From the human T2T-CHM13v2.0 reference genome, Homo sapiens, in NCBI RefSeq assembly GCF_009914755.1, contig NC_060943.1: a stretch of 64,000 nt of DNA. The stretch is one strand, 5' to 3'. The position numbers and the translations under genes were made by a program. The notes under the pieces are model-generated. The model was given only the letters and a program-made list of their open reading frames with translations, had not been told where the DNA came from and made no database searches. Positions 46,085 through 59,993 of the stretch are shown piece after piece; the stretch's first letter is position 1, and every line of letters starts with the position of its first letter.

Positions 46085-46270
46085 TAGCCCCAACTATGAG
46101 CCAGGCCCTGAGCTAAGCACCTTATTATACATGTTTTCTCATTTATTCCTTACCCAGGAATGCTAATGGTAGGTGTTATCTCCCTTTTACAGATGAGGAA
46201 ACAGTTCATAACTTGACCAAAGTCACAGGCTGGTAGGTTCTGGAGCACGCATGTGAATTCGGGGGAGCCT
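46085..46270 (-). mobile_element. MIR SINE
   Basis: ttttacagatgaggaaac...aacttgaccaaagtcacag MIR core. Confidence 0.8.
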
Positions 46271-48663
46271 TGGTATGCCGTTGCTGGCCACCCACCTCCT
46301 TCCTCCTCCTACCCTCCATTTCAGCATGCCCCCTTCGGCCCCTCTGTGCTGGGGCAAGGCCAGCTCACCCAGGATAGGGTATCCACAGTGGTAGAGCACT
46401 GTGTTGTACCCCCTCAGTGGACACAGGCTCCAGACCAAGGGCACCTCCCTGGGTAGGCCAAGGGCAGGCTCAGAGGACAGGGGAAGCAGACCCAGGCCAA
46501 TGGCTCCTGCCCAAGATGTTTTTCTTTGCCTTCTTCCTTGCCTGATCTTTGCCTGTCATCTTCAATCTCTTCTGCTCTGATGGGAATTCCTACCCCAGGT
46601 ATCTCTGAAACACCCCAGACAGTGCTGCTGCCATGCCCTGGGTCCACTTGTTCCCTCCATAGTCAGGTATCTGAGGTGCTAGGTTTGGTGCTGGGTCACC
46701 TTGCCATGGGCAGACACAGGAGGAGCCTGCAGGCCCACTCGCATGTCCCATTGCTGCTGTGGCTGGGGGTCTCATTTATTAACTGTTGGGCTGATCCTGG
46801 AGTGGCCATTGGCAGGTGGGCCTTTGTCCACCTGCTGGGTGCTCTGTTGTGCACCAGGGGCATATCCCTTCTCTCTCTCCTTTGCTGGCCACTGCCTGTC
46901 ATCCCTTGGGGAAGAGCAACTGAGCATTCAGTTCCCCAGTGCCTCCTGGCTTCTTCTGCCGCTCCATGCCTGGGCCCATCTAAAGGAGTTCTCCCTGGGC
47001 TGGGGACGGCTGCTAATGAACGGGAGCCAAGCAGAGAACGCTGAGTAGCTCACACCAGAAGAACTCCCTGGAGGGCTCCGGGGCCACTTGCTGGGGATGG
47101 AAGGGAGGTGGGAGTTCTATTGTTTTCCTGGAGGAAAATTTTAAGCTTAGGAACACCTTTCTCATTATATGAGGGAGGCAGTGATGGGCTGTGTGGCTGG
47201 AAGGCTTCTGGCTATGAGTCTATCTCCACATGGGGAGTGGAGGCAACCAAGGACTGTAGGAGACAGGCCTTCTTCACCTCGACACCGTGTGGGGCCTGAG
47301 GCTTTCAGATGAAGTGTGAGACTGCTCTGCTGGTCTCCTGGGTACAAGATGAGCTGATGGACTTGCTTTCTCCTCGCTTCCCGAAGCCTTACTGCCGAGC
47401 TGTGAGTCCTGTAGTAGCCAGGCCTGGCACTTGCTCCAGGGGCACCCGTAGAGGCCGGGATGTGTTGGAATGGAGAAAGTAGTTCTTCCTGGGGTCAGGG
47501 GATGGAGAGGGGAATGTCCCATCCAGATGCTGGCCCTTCATCTGCCAGGTTCCTGTGCCTTCCCTACCCCCCCGCCCCCAACAATGGCTTTTCTTGAGCC
47601 TAGGCCCTAGGGGCAGCCAGAGCAGGCCTAGACCACATGTGGGTGTCACTCGGTTTCTTCCTCTTTCCTGTCACTTATCCCCTCTGCCATGTCCTCTTCC
47701 CCCATCTCCAGCAGGTCAGTCAAGTCAAAGGCAGAAGCCCCTTTGGATCTGTGAGCAGGGAGGGAATGAGGAAAGGGGAGAGGACGATAATGGGGTGACA
47801 TGTTCCCCTGTCCTTATCCCTGCCCCCACCCACAGCTTGCGGGCTCTGCTTCTTGTTCAGGCTCCTGCTTTAAACCATGTGAGACTCTAGGGATGACAGA
47901 GGAGGGAAAAACCTGCCACCTCAGGATGACTCCAGGATGTGTGTGTGCATGTGTGTGTGTGTTTGTGCACATGTGTGTGTGCACATGCATGGTGGCTGGT
48001 GGAGCAGGGTGAGGAATGGAGAGAAGGAGAGGAAGATCCTAGAAGCCCCGTGGGCCCAGACCCTGGCCAAGCCTCATCCCCCGGCCCTCTGGCTGCCCTG
48101 CATTCTCAAGGACTTCCTTGGTCCCCTGAGTCTCCTGTCTGCTGAGACGGGGAGAACCCCTCTGTGACCCGTCCCCTTAGCCCCCCATCTATCCACCGTT
48201 CCCCTCCTCAGGGTGTCTCAGATTCTCAGACTTCAGTTTCAGGAGGCACAATAGTTACATTCTCCAGCTCTGATTGCTACAGGCAGGGCCTCTGGCTCCC
48301 CTTGAGATTGGGTTTCCTGTGCCCTGGACGCTCCAGAATCTCAGAGGAAGCGGGAGAGAAGTAGGAGGCGGGTGCAGTGCTGGGAGGGCCAGTGATTGGC
48401 CCCAGAATCGCATCAGCCCTTCAGAGGATGGGGTGTTGCAGCTGCCCAGAGGCACCCCCAGAACAGAATGTACCCCCACTTGCTTCTGGAATGTCAGGCC
48501 TGGGAGGGCCAGGGGATGGGCAGGCACACCCCAAGGGCTGTTCTCCCCGTTTCCAAAGGCCAGCGGTTCCTGCAGAGTTGAAGGGGATTCCTCTCTGGTG
48601 GCTCCAGATGTACCATCTCACTCCACCCTTTCTGGACGGCAAGAAGTGGTTAGTGGCACCTCC

Positions 48664-48730
48664 GTGTGTGTGCGCGCGTGTGTGTGTGTGTGTGTGCGTG
48701 TGTGTGTGTGTGTGTGTGTATGTGTGTGTC
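48664..48730. repeat. Interrupted (TG)n/(CG)n microsatellite
   Basis: About 65 bp of alternating purine-pyrimidine sequence (Z-DNA-prone). Confidence 0.95.
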
Positions 48731-49038
48731 TGAGTCTGAGCATATGAGTGTATGCATCCAAGTGTATGCACATACCTGGGTATGCATATGTGGGTTCAGC
48801 TAAGGCCAAATCTGTGCACACCCCTCAGCCTCCATAAAACTTGTTAGGCCAAAGTCCGTGGGGGCAATTGGCCAGCAAATTATACATGGCCCCTTTCACA
48901 GTACAAGTTTGTTTCGAGCAGGAGCTGAGGGCAGTGTTGGCTGTAGCCAGCAGGAATTCCTCCCTCACCCTAGTGGGAGCCATAACTACCTCCCCATCTG
49001 TAGGTGGAAAATATATATATATATATTAAAAACATGCA

Positions 49039-49371
<333 letters not shown>

Positions 49372-51819
49372 TTATGTGCAATCCCAGGCTCCTCCTGGCT
49401 GCTGGAGCTTCCCCTCCAGAGCTCTACTGAAGAGGCAGTGTCCTCTTGGAAACACGCACAAGCACACGTGCCTGCAAACAGCAGAAGGAAGAGGGGGGTG
49501 CTGAAGAGGTGAGGGGGAGGCAAAGGAAGGACAGAGGGAGGGGAGCCAAGGGAGACAGGGAAGTAAGATCAGAAATGGGGATCCAAGGGGAAAGGCAGCT
49601 GAATAAAAGAAGTAAGGTGGGGACTTGTTCCAGGGGCTGAGAAGGGGAGCTGGTGTGGGTGTGAGAAGGGCAATTTTGCAGGAGAACTTTGTGGCTGTTC
49701 CAGAGGTTACTGAGGGGCCCCCAAGGAAGAGAGGGGCCCAGAGTGGCCACTTGGCTCAGCCTGGCTCTGGTCTGGGCACTGCCAGAGGCCTCCAGCCCAC
49801 AAGCTGTTGTTGCTGTGGAATGACCAGTGGTGTGCAGATGAATACAGAGTGGCCCCAGAACCTGGAGCCAAATCCCGTTTCAAAGGCTTCTTCAGCAGAG
49901 CCCACTTGGGCCCATGCGGAGGGAGTCCAGTCTTATTGCCTGCTCCTTCGTAGCCCTCCCTTCCAGAAGCCTGCAAAGTGGCCAGAACCATGGGCAGGGG
50001 AGGCCTCTGCCTCAGAGACATGGATCTCACGAGTAGCCCAGGTCCCCAGAGAAGGACAGCCCGCAGAGCTGCGTGTTTGTGTGACACGAGCCAGCCTGAC
50101 ACCCCCAAACAGCATCGAGAATGAGCTGTGGGCTCTGAGATACTCTCCCTCCCCTAGCCTGGCCCAGAAACCAGGGACCCCGAATGCCAGCCTGGCCAAG
50201 GCACCTGTCGGACACAGCGGCTGGGCTCAGGTTTTAGGCAGCTGCATTTGATGGGCCAAGTGGGAAGCAGCTAAGAGCACAGAAAGAACTCTCCAGCTTC
50301 CAGCACCAGCATGGAGGGAAACTCTGAGTTGGTGTGGGGCGAGGGGAAGCAGCAGCACCCACTCTATCCCATCTCCAACCAGTATCTCCAGGGAGCGCTG
50401 GGAGCCACAGTCCCTGAAGAGACTGGGAGGGTGGTTGGGTGGCCCTGAACTTGGGGGTGCACAGTTAGTGTCCCCACTGGCTGGCAAGCAGGCTGGAAAG
50501 AAGCCTGAGGCCAGAAAGGCTTCCAGGGGACATGGCCCCAGAAGACTGGGGAATCAGAGAGACAGTCCTCGGGGGTGTCGGCCGATGACAGAGGATAAAA
50601 GATGAAAGATGGAGCCCGGCACCTGCCCGCGTTGTGCCAGCCAACACTGTCCCTGCCCCTCCACTGGCCCATAGGCCACCAGCTGGCCCATTGTCCCCAG
50701 TGAGAGAGCAGACACTGGAGGGGGCTCCCTTGTGGGCAGGGGCTCACTCATGTACGCCTGCCTGGCAGGGACTGCCAGGGCAGAGCCACCCCGGGCTCAG
50801 GGGCGAGGAGGAAAGAAGTGGGGGTGGCCAAGAGACAGAGCGTGGAGACTGAGTGGGAGGCCCGGCCAGAGTCCGGGAGGCTGCCCTCCACCTTCAGAGT
50901 GGAGAACAGAGCCCTGCTGTGCTGCAGTCAGGTCCCCTCCTGTGGTGTTGGCAGTGGGCAGTGTGCGGGGCCTGCGAACAGGAGATAAAGAATTCAGGCA
51001 GAGTGTTTTTTCTCACTAACCGTGGATTTGTGTATTTGTTCAGCTGGTGGCTCTGATAAGCCCCATTCTGCCAGATAAAAGCAGAGCAGCCACGAGGCAG
51101 GGCCTGGGGAGGGGCATCCTAAAGGGGCCTTCCTCCTTTCTGTCCCAAATCCCAGGGTTATCCCCTCCCCCGGGGAAGCCCAGACAGGGAAGGCAGTCAC
51201 GACATGGAGATGCTCTGCAGCTCCTGTCACCTGTCCAGAGCAGGTGTAGACCTCAAGGCAAGGCTCCCCAAAGAGCCTGCCAGGTAAGAAAGCTGGCCCA
51301 CGTTGTGCCTCTGGTGGGCAGGACGTCTCCTTGCCTCCCCAGGAGCTGCCTCCCCAGGAGCCCTTTCACCATGGACCTAGTGGCCTCTCTGGGCCCTGCA
51401 GCCACTGGCTGGTTCCTGCCAGCCTCCTTCCTCTATCTATCCAAGGCACATCCCCGAGCTGACAGGGTGCTCAGAGACCTTCCCCCGTCACATCCCTGGT
51501 GTCCCGAGGTGCCTGCGGCCCTATCGGGGCAGGGGTCTACTCTTGCTGAGCTAGTTAAGGCCCTGGCTAGAGATGGCCTGTGAGGACTTTAGCCACCTTT
51601 GAGTAGAGCTGCGGTGTCCCCTGCCCCTGGCTTCAGCCTTCCCTGCTCCTTTCACTGTGCTGGCCAGCGGGGAGAAGGAGAACACCACTTGAGCAGATCA
51701 GTGGGGCCCTGGCTGCAGCTGCCCCGGCCGCAGGCCTGGCTCCTGTGCCTCTGAGCCTGGGTCCAGATTTCCCATGTCTCTGCCTTTTGTCCTGGAGCTG
51801 AGCTGAGCATGTCAGGGGC

Positions 51820-52180
51820 CGGCGGTCGCGGCATTGTGGGCCTCCGGCTGAGGCCGCCAGCCGTAAGATGGCTGCCAAGGTCTAAAATGGCTGCCAGCAG
51901 CGCCCGGAGCAGCGCCCGGAGGCGCGTGGCAGGGGCTGCACTCGCACCGGATCCTTGCTCCCACTTGCTCCTTTACACAGAGCTAATAGTAATAACAGCA
52001 ATAACGTTTTGGGGCTGTGTCCTGATTTAGAAGGATTTCCTGTCTGTCGCGCTCTCCTGGAGCCCTATTTGTCTCTGCCTCAGTCGCTGGCCCACCTCCA
52101 TCTCTTTGTCGGGTTCCCTCTCGGCTGTCCCTGGGCTGGGTACGCGCATGCGCATCCACACGCGTGTGCACGGGCACATG
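51820..52180. promoter_or_regulatory. Small intragenic CpG-rich element with YY1 and NRF1 motifs
   Basis: AAGATGGCTGCC 51865, AAAATGGCTGCC 51884, GCGCATGCGC 52144-52153. Confidence 0.55.
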
Positions 52181-53851
52181 ACTTGCCATCTCCACTTGGT
52201 CTTTCGCAGTGGGTAGGGGCCGCTCCCATGGGGTGGACTGTGAAGCTTCCTCCTTCTTCCCCTGATTCCACTGATCCAGCTCTGGAGGGCTTGGTGGGGA
52301 CCAAGTTGTCCCTAGGATGAGTGGGGTTCATAGCAGAGAGACCCCTGGGCAGCAGAGTGGGGACCACGTGACCCTCGCTGAGCTCTGCACATGGGTCCTG
52401 AGGTTGTGCCCTTCCTGAGCCATGATTTAGAGCAACCACAGGACTGGGGTCTGAGGAGGCCCTGGGGTGGGCTGCCTGCTCCGTAGACCTCTTGGCTGTC
52501 ACTCCCGGACTGGCTGGGGCTCAAATCAGACCCAGAAACCCAGCAATGGGCCAAGGTGAAAGAGTGAGGTAGTATCAAGAAAGTTCACATTCACACCATG
52601 CTATGGCACAGAGAGGCTGCCCTCTCAGGGAACATGGGTAGGCTTCCTCCAGAGCAGAGAGTGCCACTAACAAAGAGATGGCTCAGGGTGGGAACCTCTT
52701 TTGCCAAACACACCACCAGGGCTGAGCGAAAGGGGAGGTATGGAAGGATACACCCCAAACCAGAGGTGGTGAAGTATATCCTTCCATATTAAAAGCACTT
52801 GTTAGCACTTTCCGTATTAAAAAGAACTACTTTTTCTTGACTCGCTACAATAGTATTTATTTTTTGGAATTAAAAAATCAAAAGTTAAGTGGGGATGGGG
52901 TGGAGGGGAAGTGGAGCCTGAAACAGTCACCCTTTTTTACCCATTACACTAAGGCAGGCAGCCTGGAGCATGGCCAGTGCTTTCAGCCCCAGACATGGTG
53001 GGGCCCTCATGCTGCAAGCAGGGGTGCCACCCGGGTGGGCTGCATCCTGCCCTCCAGCCCCAGAACCCAGCTCTGTTCCTTGCCTCCCAAGTGACTGATG
53101 GGGTCCCTCACCCCAACCCTAGGGCTGATGTCACCTTTTGTGAACCTCCTTTATGGTGGGGGCCAGCAGGTTGAATCAGGGTGGTGGCGAGACCCAGGAG
53201 GCAGGAATGCTCTTTAAAGTCGGGCAAAGCCCTGGCCAATACCAAGGCACGTTTTTCAGATGCCACCCCCATGTGGTCCCCCTGTGAGCAGCTGATTCTT
53301 CACCAAATGCCTGGCTTCCTCCTGCCCCACAACCTGCCTGGCCCCCCTCCACCACCCTCTCGCCAGCTGTCATGCCCAGGCAGGCATTCTGGAGGTCCCC
53401 GTTGTGCCCCTGGCACACAAAGCTTTGAGGACCAGGGGGACCAGGGTGGGGGGCTTTCCCAAGCTCAGCAAAATATTCACACACACACTCCACCCTGCCC
53501 CCAGCCCTCTGTGAGCTCCCACTGCACAATGAGCCCTTGTCTCGGGGCTCCCTCTGAGCAGCTGTGGCACCGGGGCATGAGACAGCCCAGACAGGCTGGC
53601 ACAGAGCGGGCGACAGCGTCAGGGCAGACCTCCCCCCTCTGGGTTGCCAGGCACTGCCTCTGAGCATAAAGGTGAGGTGGGGGAGGCGCAGGCAGACAGG
53701 AATGGCTTCAATTAACCAAGTTAGGGAAGGGGATGCTCCTCTGGGAGCTGGAGCTGGGTGGGGGATGGGGGACCCTTGGGTCTGTCCCCGCTGTGGAGAG
53801 AGATGGTCTCTGACTTCTCTCTTGGGACCCCTCTTTGCTCCTGACTCTTGG

Positions 53852-54061
53852 CCGGTGCTTCTTACCTGAGGGTGACTTTGCCCTTAAGGGCACAGTGGAC
53901 AATGTCTTGGGACAGTTTGGGTTGTCACAACTGGGGTGCTACTGTCATCTAGTGGGTGGAGGCCAGGGATGCTGCTCAGATACCCCACAGTGCACAGGAT
54001 GGTCCCCACCAGAGAGAGCAATCCAGGCCAAATGTCAGCAGTGCTGAGGCTGAGAAACCTG
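53852..54061 (+). mobile_element. MER20
   Basis: ttgtcacaactggggtgctactgtcatctagtgggtggaggccagggatgctgct...aaatgtcagcagtgctgaggctgagaaacctg. Confidence 0.85.
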
Positions 54062-54260
54062 CACTGGGCCTGTCTTTCCTTCTCTGCTTTGGGTCTCCCG
54101 GAGCCTCCTGGGGCTGGTTTGGGGAGAGGGTGGGGTGAAGGTTTCTGTAGCCAGGGTGGGCCGTCCCTGCTCTTGCACCAGGCTGGAGGGGCCAATGCTT
54201 GGCTGGTGCTTATGGGGAACTTTGCTCCTGATACATTCTCCCCTTTTGTGTCTCCTGCAG

Positions 54261-54323
54261 AATCCGGACAATCAGATAGTTCAAACCAGCAAGGAGATGC
54301 GGACATCAAACCACTGCCCAACG
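54261..54323 (+). CDS. NFIX: NFIX exon 3 (63 nt)
   Basis: tctcctgcag|AA TCC GGA...CCC AAC G|gtcagt; ESGQSDSSNQQGDADIKPLPNG, in frame with exon 2 (phase 1-1). Confidence 0.97.
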
Positions 54324-54635
54324 GTCAGTGCCCCCCACCTGCCCAGCTGCCCTTATCCTTCATGCCCCTCCACTTCCTTCCCCCACCCTGGCTGCCCTGG
54401 CCACCCTCACTTCTTCCCCTTCATTCAGCTGTCCCTTGACTGAGCTTAGCTTGCTGTCCTGAGGGGATGGGGGCACACCTAGAGGATCCCCCCTGTTCGG
54501 TGTAGACCTGAGGGCTAGCCTGGAGCTGGAAACGGGACTTGGGAGGGAGAAGCAACAGTGTGGAAGACCTTTGGAAATAGCCAGGCAGCCCCCTTCTGGC
54601 CTTGTCTTGACTCACTCATCCTTTCCCCTCTTCAG

Positions 54636-54710
54636 GGCACTTAAGTTTCCAGGACTGTTTTGTGACTTCCGGGGTCTGGAATGTGACGGAGCTGGTGAGA
54701 GTATCACAGA
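54636..54710 (+). CDS. NFIX: NFIX exon 4 (75 nt)
   Basis: cccctcttcag|GG CAC TTA...TCA CAG A|gtaagt; [26 protein letters not shown], the conserved NFI FVTSGV motif (phase 1-1). Too short for the ORF track. Confidence 0.97.
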
Positions 54711-54956
54711 GTAAGTGAGTCCTTCCTTCCAGGCCAGGGATGGGGATTGAAAGTGAGGAGGTGGGACCTCATGGGATGTCCTCCTAATGGGGTCTTAGGG
54801 CAGGTGGATGGGAACAGATGCTTTCTGGGACACTCTCGGCTTCACTGGTGCTGGGCTGGGTACAATAGAGTCTTCCAGAGAGGCCTGTCTCCAGTCTCCA
54901 TTGCTTTGGAGGAAAAAGAAAAAGTCACAACCAAAGGCTCTTCTGTGACCCACTAG

Positions 54957-55241
<285 letters not shown>

Positions 55242-55489
55242 TAAGCCCAGTGGCCCTGCCTTTCCATCTTCTCTCCACTCCCCCCAGGGCCAGGGCCGTC
55301 CCAGTGGCTATAGTCAGCTGTGTCACTGAGGCTAGGGTGCTTCAGAATGTCACCTCTCTCATTGAGGGCACTGGCTCTAACACTTTAGAGTCCACCATGC
55401 GCAGTCACCCACTGAGCTGCTTTGTGCTGTCATGAAGGACCCAGCCCTGGGGACACAAACTCGCACAAGGCATCGCTTTGCCTGGAAGT

Positions 55490-55800
55490 GGGAGTCCAAG
55501 AAGGTCTCTGTCTTGGGGAGGTGACATTTGAGCCCAGACACAGAGGGGGTTGTTGGGGGGTATGGGGAAAATGTTCCAGGAGAAGAGGGTAGCCTGTATC
55601 CCAGTTCAGCCTGCACAGGCTGGCGGGGCACCCTGCAGAGGGCTTTGGAGGCCAGAAGAAGGCATTTAGACTTCATCCCTGGGTAGTGGGGACCCCTGAG
55701 GGGTTTTAAGCAGGGGATGCTGAGGGTGTGTGTTCCAGAAAGCTCTCTCCAGCAACAGTGTGTGTGGGCGGGACTGATAGCCAGTTAGGAGGCCATTGGA
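55490..55800. mobile_element. L2 LINE fragment
   Basis: gaggtgacatttgagc...tgttccagg...gaggggttttaagcagggg are L2 3' hallmarks; ends approximate. Confidence 0.6.
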
Positions 55801-56001
55801 AAGGCTAGAGTGGGGGAGGGCCTGGAGGGTGGGGTGGATGGAGAGGGAGGGAGCTGCTTGGGAGGCAGGGATGTGGGTTCTGGCCAGGGCAAGTTGTGCT
55901 GGGCAGGGTCCACTCCACTTTTTTTTTTTTTTTAAAACGGGTGTTTATATTAATTGCGAGATTTTTGGCATTCATTTTGATTTTTTAAAAATATGGGACT
56001 A

Positions 56002-56414
<413 letters not shown>

Positions 56415-56677
56415 CTAGCCCTGGGGGCTGCCAGGAAATCATAGGTGGGATACAGGAGGCAGCTGAGGGTTTTGCCGACTTCTCTGATGTGGGCAGCTTG
56501 GAGGACCGTGGCATCACAGATTGGGAAGGGGCTTGAGGAAGAGGAGCAGGTTGAAGCTGATGGCTTGAGGGGCCCTAGGGCTGATCTTGGGGTTGGGCAC
56601 GCAGTGAGTGCCCAGAAATGCTGCTGTCGGCCGGCACCACTCCCCACCCAGAGGGCCATCTATGCACAGTTCTTTAG

Positions 56678-56959
<282 letters not shown>

Positions 56960-57226
56960 TGAGCCTCCCACCAGTTGTCCCCCTGTCGGGGGGCATTACC
57001 CATCTGTTTTCTTGCCTCCTGATCTTCCAGGGAGGGCAGAGCAGGCTGAAGGAAGGGAGTGGAGGTGAGGGTGAGGAGGGGTGCTGTGAGAGTCAGCAGC
57101 AGAGCCCGTGGTATGGCGGTGGGAAGCAGAGGGGGTGCCAAGCCTCTGGTGCCCCACAGTGGGATGGCCGCAGCCCCTCCTGGTATTTCTCTAGAGGTTG
57201 CCCCACCCCGTGGCCTCATGGTTGAA

Positions 57227-57428
57227 AGCAGTTTCTCACCCTGGGGGCTCATCATTCTGTGTAGGGGATTGTTCTGTGCATGGCAGGATGTTTAGCAGCA
57301 TCCCTGGCCTCCACCTACAAGATGCCAGCAGCAAAACCCCCACCCCCAGTTTTGATGACCAAAAACGCCTCCAGACATTGTCAGACGTTCCCTAGTGGGA
57401 TGGAATCCTCCCAGGATGAGAACCACTG
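57227..57428 (-). mobile_element. MER20
   Basis: ggatgtttagcagcatccctggcctccacc...ctccagacattg...gagaaccactg. Confidence 0.85.
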
Positions 57429-59342
57429 GTCTCAAGGGCCCAGCTTCACAGAGAGAGGCTCAGAGTCTAGTGAAGAATGAGCAGAGTCCTTTTGAGACCA
57501 GGTAGGGAAGCTAGCGAAGGGGAGAGAGTACAGAGGAAGCCAGCTCAGACCTTCCCAGTCTCCTCTAGGGATCTTCTTCTTGTTGAACCCACCCCCCTTC
57601 ACCTCCATTCTTGACTGAGGGTGCAGACAGACCTAGAGAGGACTCTGGAAGACAGCATGTAACACGTGCGTGTGTGTGTGTGCATGTGCATGAGCACATG
57701 TGTGTGAGGAGGCTGGCCGCAAGAGTCCCCCGCTGACGTGCCAGTGGTACAGCCCGTGTTTATCCTCACTGTGGGTGTGACAGGGCCTGGGAGTGCAGAC
57801 TCACGCGTGTGGGTTGTGCACAGGGCATGGCTGCTCTGGACAGGCCTGGGCCCTGGGCATCATTCTCCTCCTCCAAAAGGTGAGGGTCTGACCTAATGGT
57901 ACTTTGTCTGATGTTTTCCAGATATGCCCCTACTGGGAAGGGCCAAGTGGGCAGGCAGAGTCTGGGGTGGAGCGAGGTGGGGCTGGGAAGCACTCCTGCT
58001 TTTCTGCTGCCCCAGAACGAATGCAAGTTCTGGCAGCTTCTCCTCCTCCTGGGAGGAGGAAAGGAGGGCTCGCCTCCAGGCCTCAGGCTGAGGGAGTGGG
58101 CTGGAGACCCTCTAGATGGCCAGCAGAGGCTGGCCTCTGTGAGAAGGCTTCCTTGCGTGACTCTGGGGCCCCTCCCAGGCTCTCCTCGTGGCAGGCAGGG
58201 ACTTGGGCCAGCATGGGCCACATGCTTCCCTAGGGGAGCCTTGAGAGGCAGAGAGAGGAGTTGAGAAGGCCCGGGAGACTCTTGGGCTACATCCTGGGTC
58301 CCTGGCCGGGGCCTCAGTAGGTGACCCCTTCTGCAAGGACTGCCCCTGGGGTGCATAGAGGACTGTGTCTGCAGCTGGCTCCTGGGGCAAGGGCTCCTGG
58401 GCTCCTGTGCCCAGACCTAATTCCTGAGGAGCCCCCCTCTTCCTGGCTCCTGCTCTCTCCTTTCTTGGCTGTCTGCTTTTGCGCCTGCCATTTCTGCATT
58501 TCTGCTCCTTCCGGCAGTCCTGCCACGCACGGCCCCTCAACATCCTCCTGCAGCACCCTCCGGCTCCCTTTTCCCCTCACCCCGCTGTGTGTTGTTTTCA
58601 TGGGCTGCAACAAATTGCCAATTAAGCAGCCCAGCTGCAGGACAGGGAACAGCTGGGGAGGCACTGTGCGGCCATGGGGACAGCTGTGCACAGCTGGTAG
58701 GATGCTCCCCCCTCCCCACTGTGCCAGCTATCAGGTGGCACACAGCTGCTGCCAGATAACACCTCCGCTGGCGGCTGGGAGTTCGCCCTTCCCCCGCCCC
58801 TTCCCTCTGCAGTTAAGATGGCTCTTTATTTCTCTGTTCTGCAGCCCCTCCACCCCTCACCCAAACTGACTTGATTTGTCCTCCAAGGGTGGCAGCTGTG
58901 AGATCTGCCCCAACTCTACCTTATCCTTCCCAGCCTGGGCACAACCTTAAAGCTCAGCCCAAGATGGGAGCTGATCTTTCCAGAAGAACCTGGCCCCCTG
59001 GGGGCCCTGCTTTGTCATTTGGATGCTATGGCCACTGGGCAGAGATGAATTTCTAAAGACAGACTTCAAACAAGGTGTTCTCTGTGCCCTTGTTTCATGC
59101 TGAATGCCACCCACACCTCTGGCACCAGAAGCAGGGCAGAGCCCTGAAATTATCCATCCTATGGCAGCTGAGCTTCTGGGTCCCCTGGCTGGGGGAGTCT
59201 TCTCCCCTCTGGCTCTGCCTGCACAGCCCGGCTAGGCCTGAGCAGCCCAAGGACTCTCCAGGTCCTCTGGCCTCTGTCCCTGCTCTCTCGCTGGGCATTG
59301 TGTCCCTCCTGAGGGCTCATGGCTGTGTGCTCCCTTCCCTAA

Positions 59343-59993
<651 letters not shown>

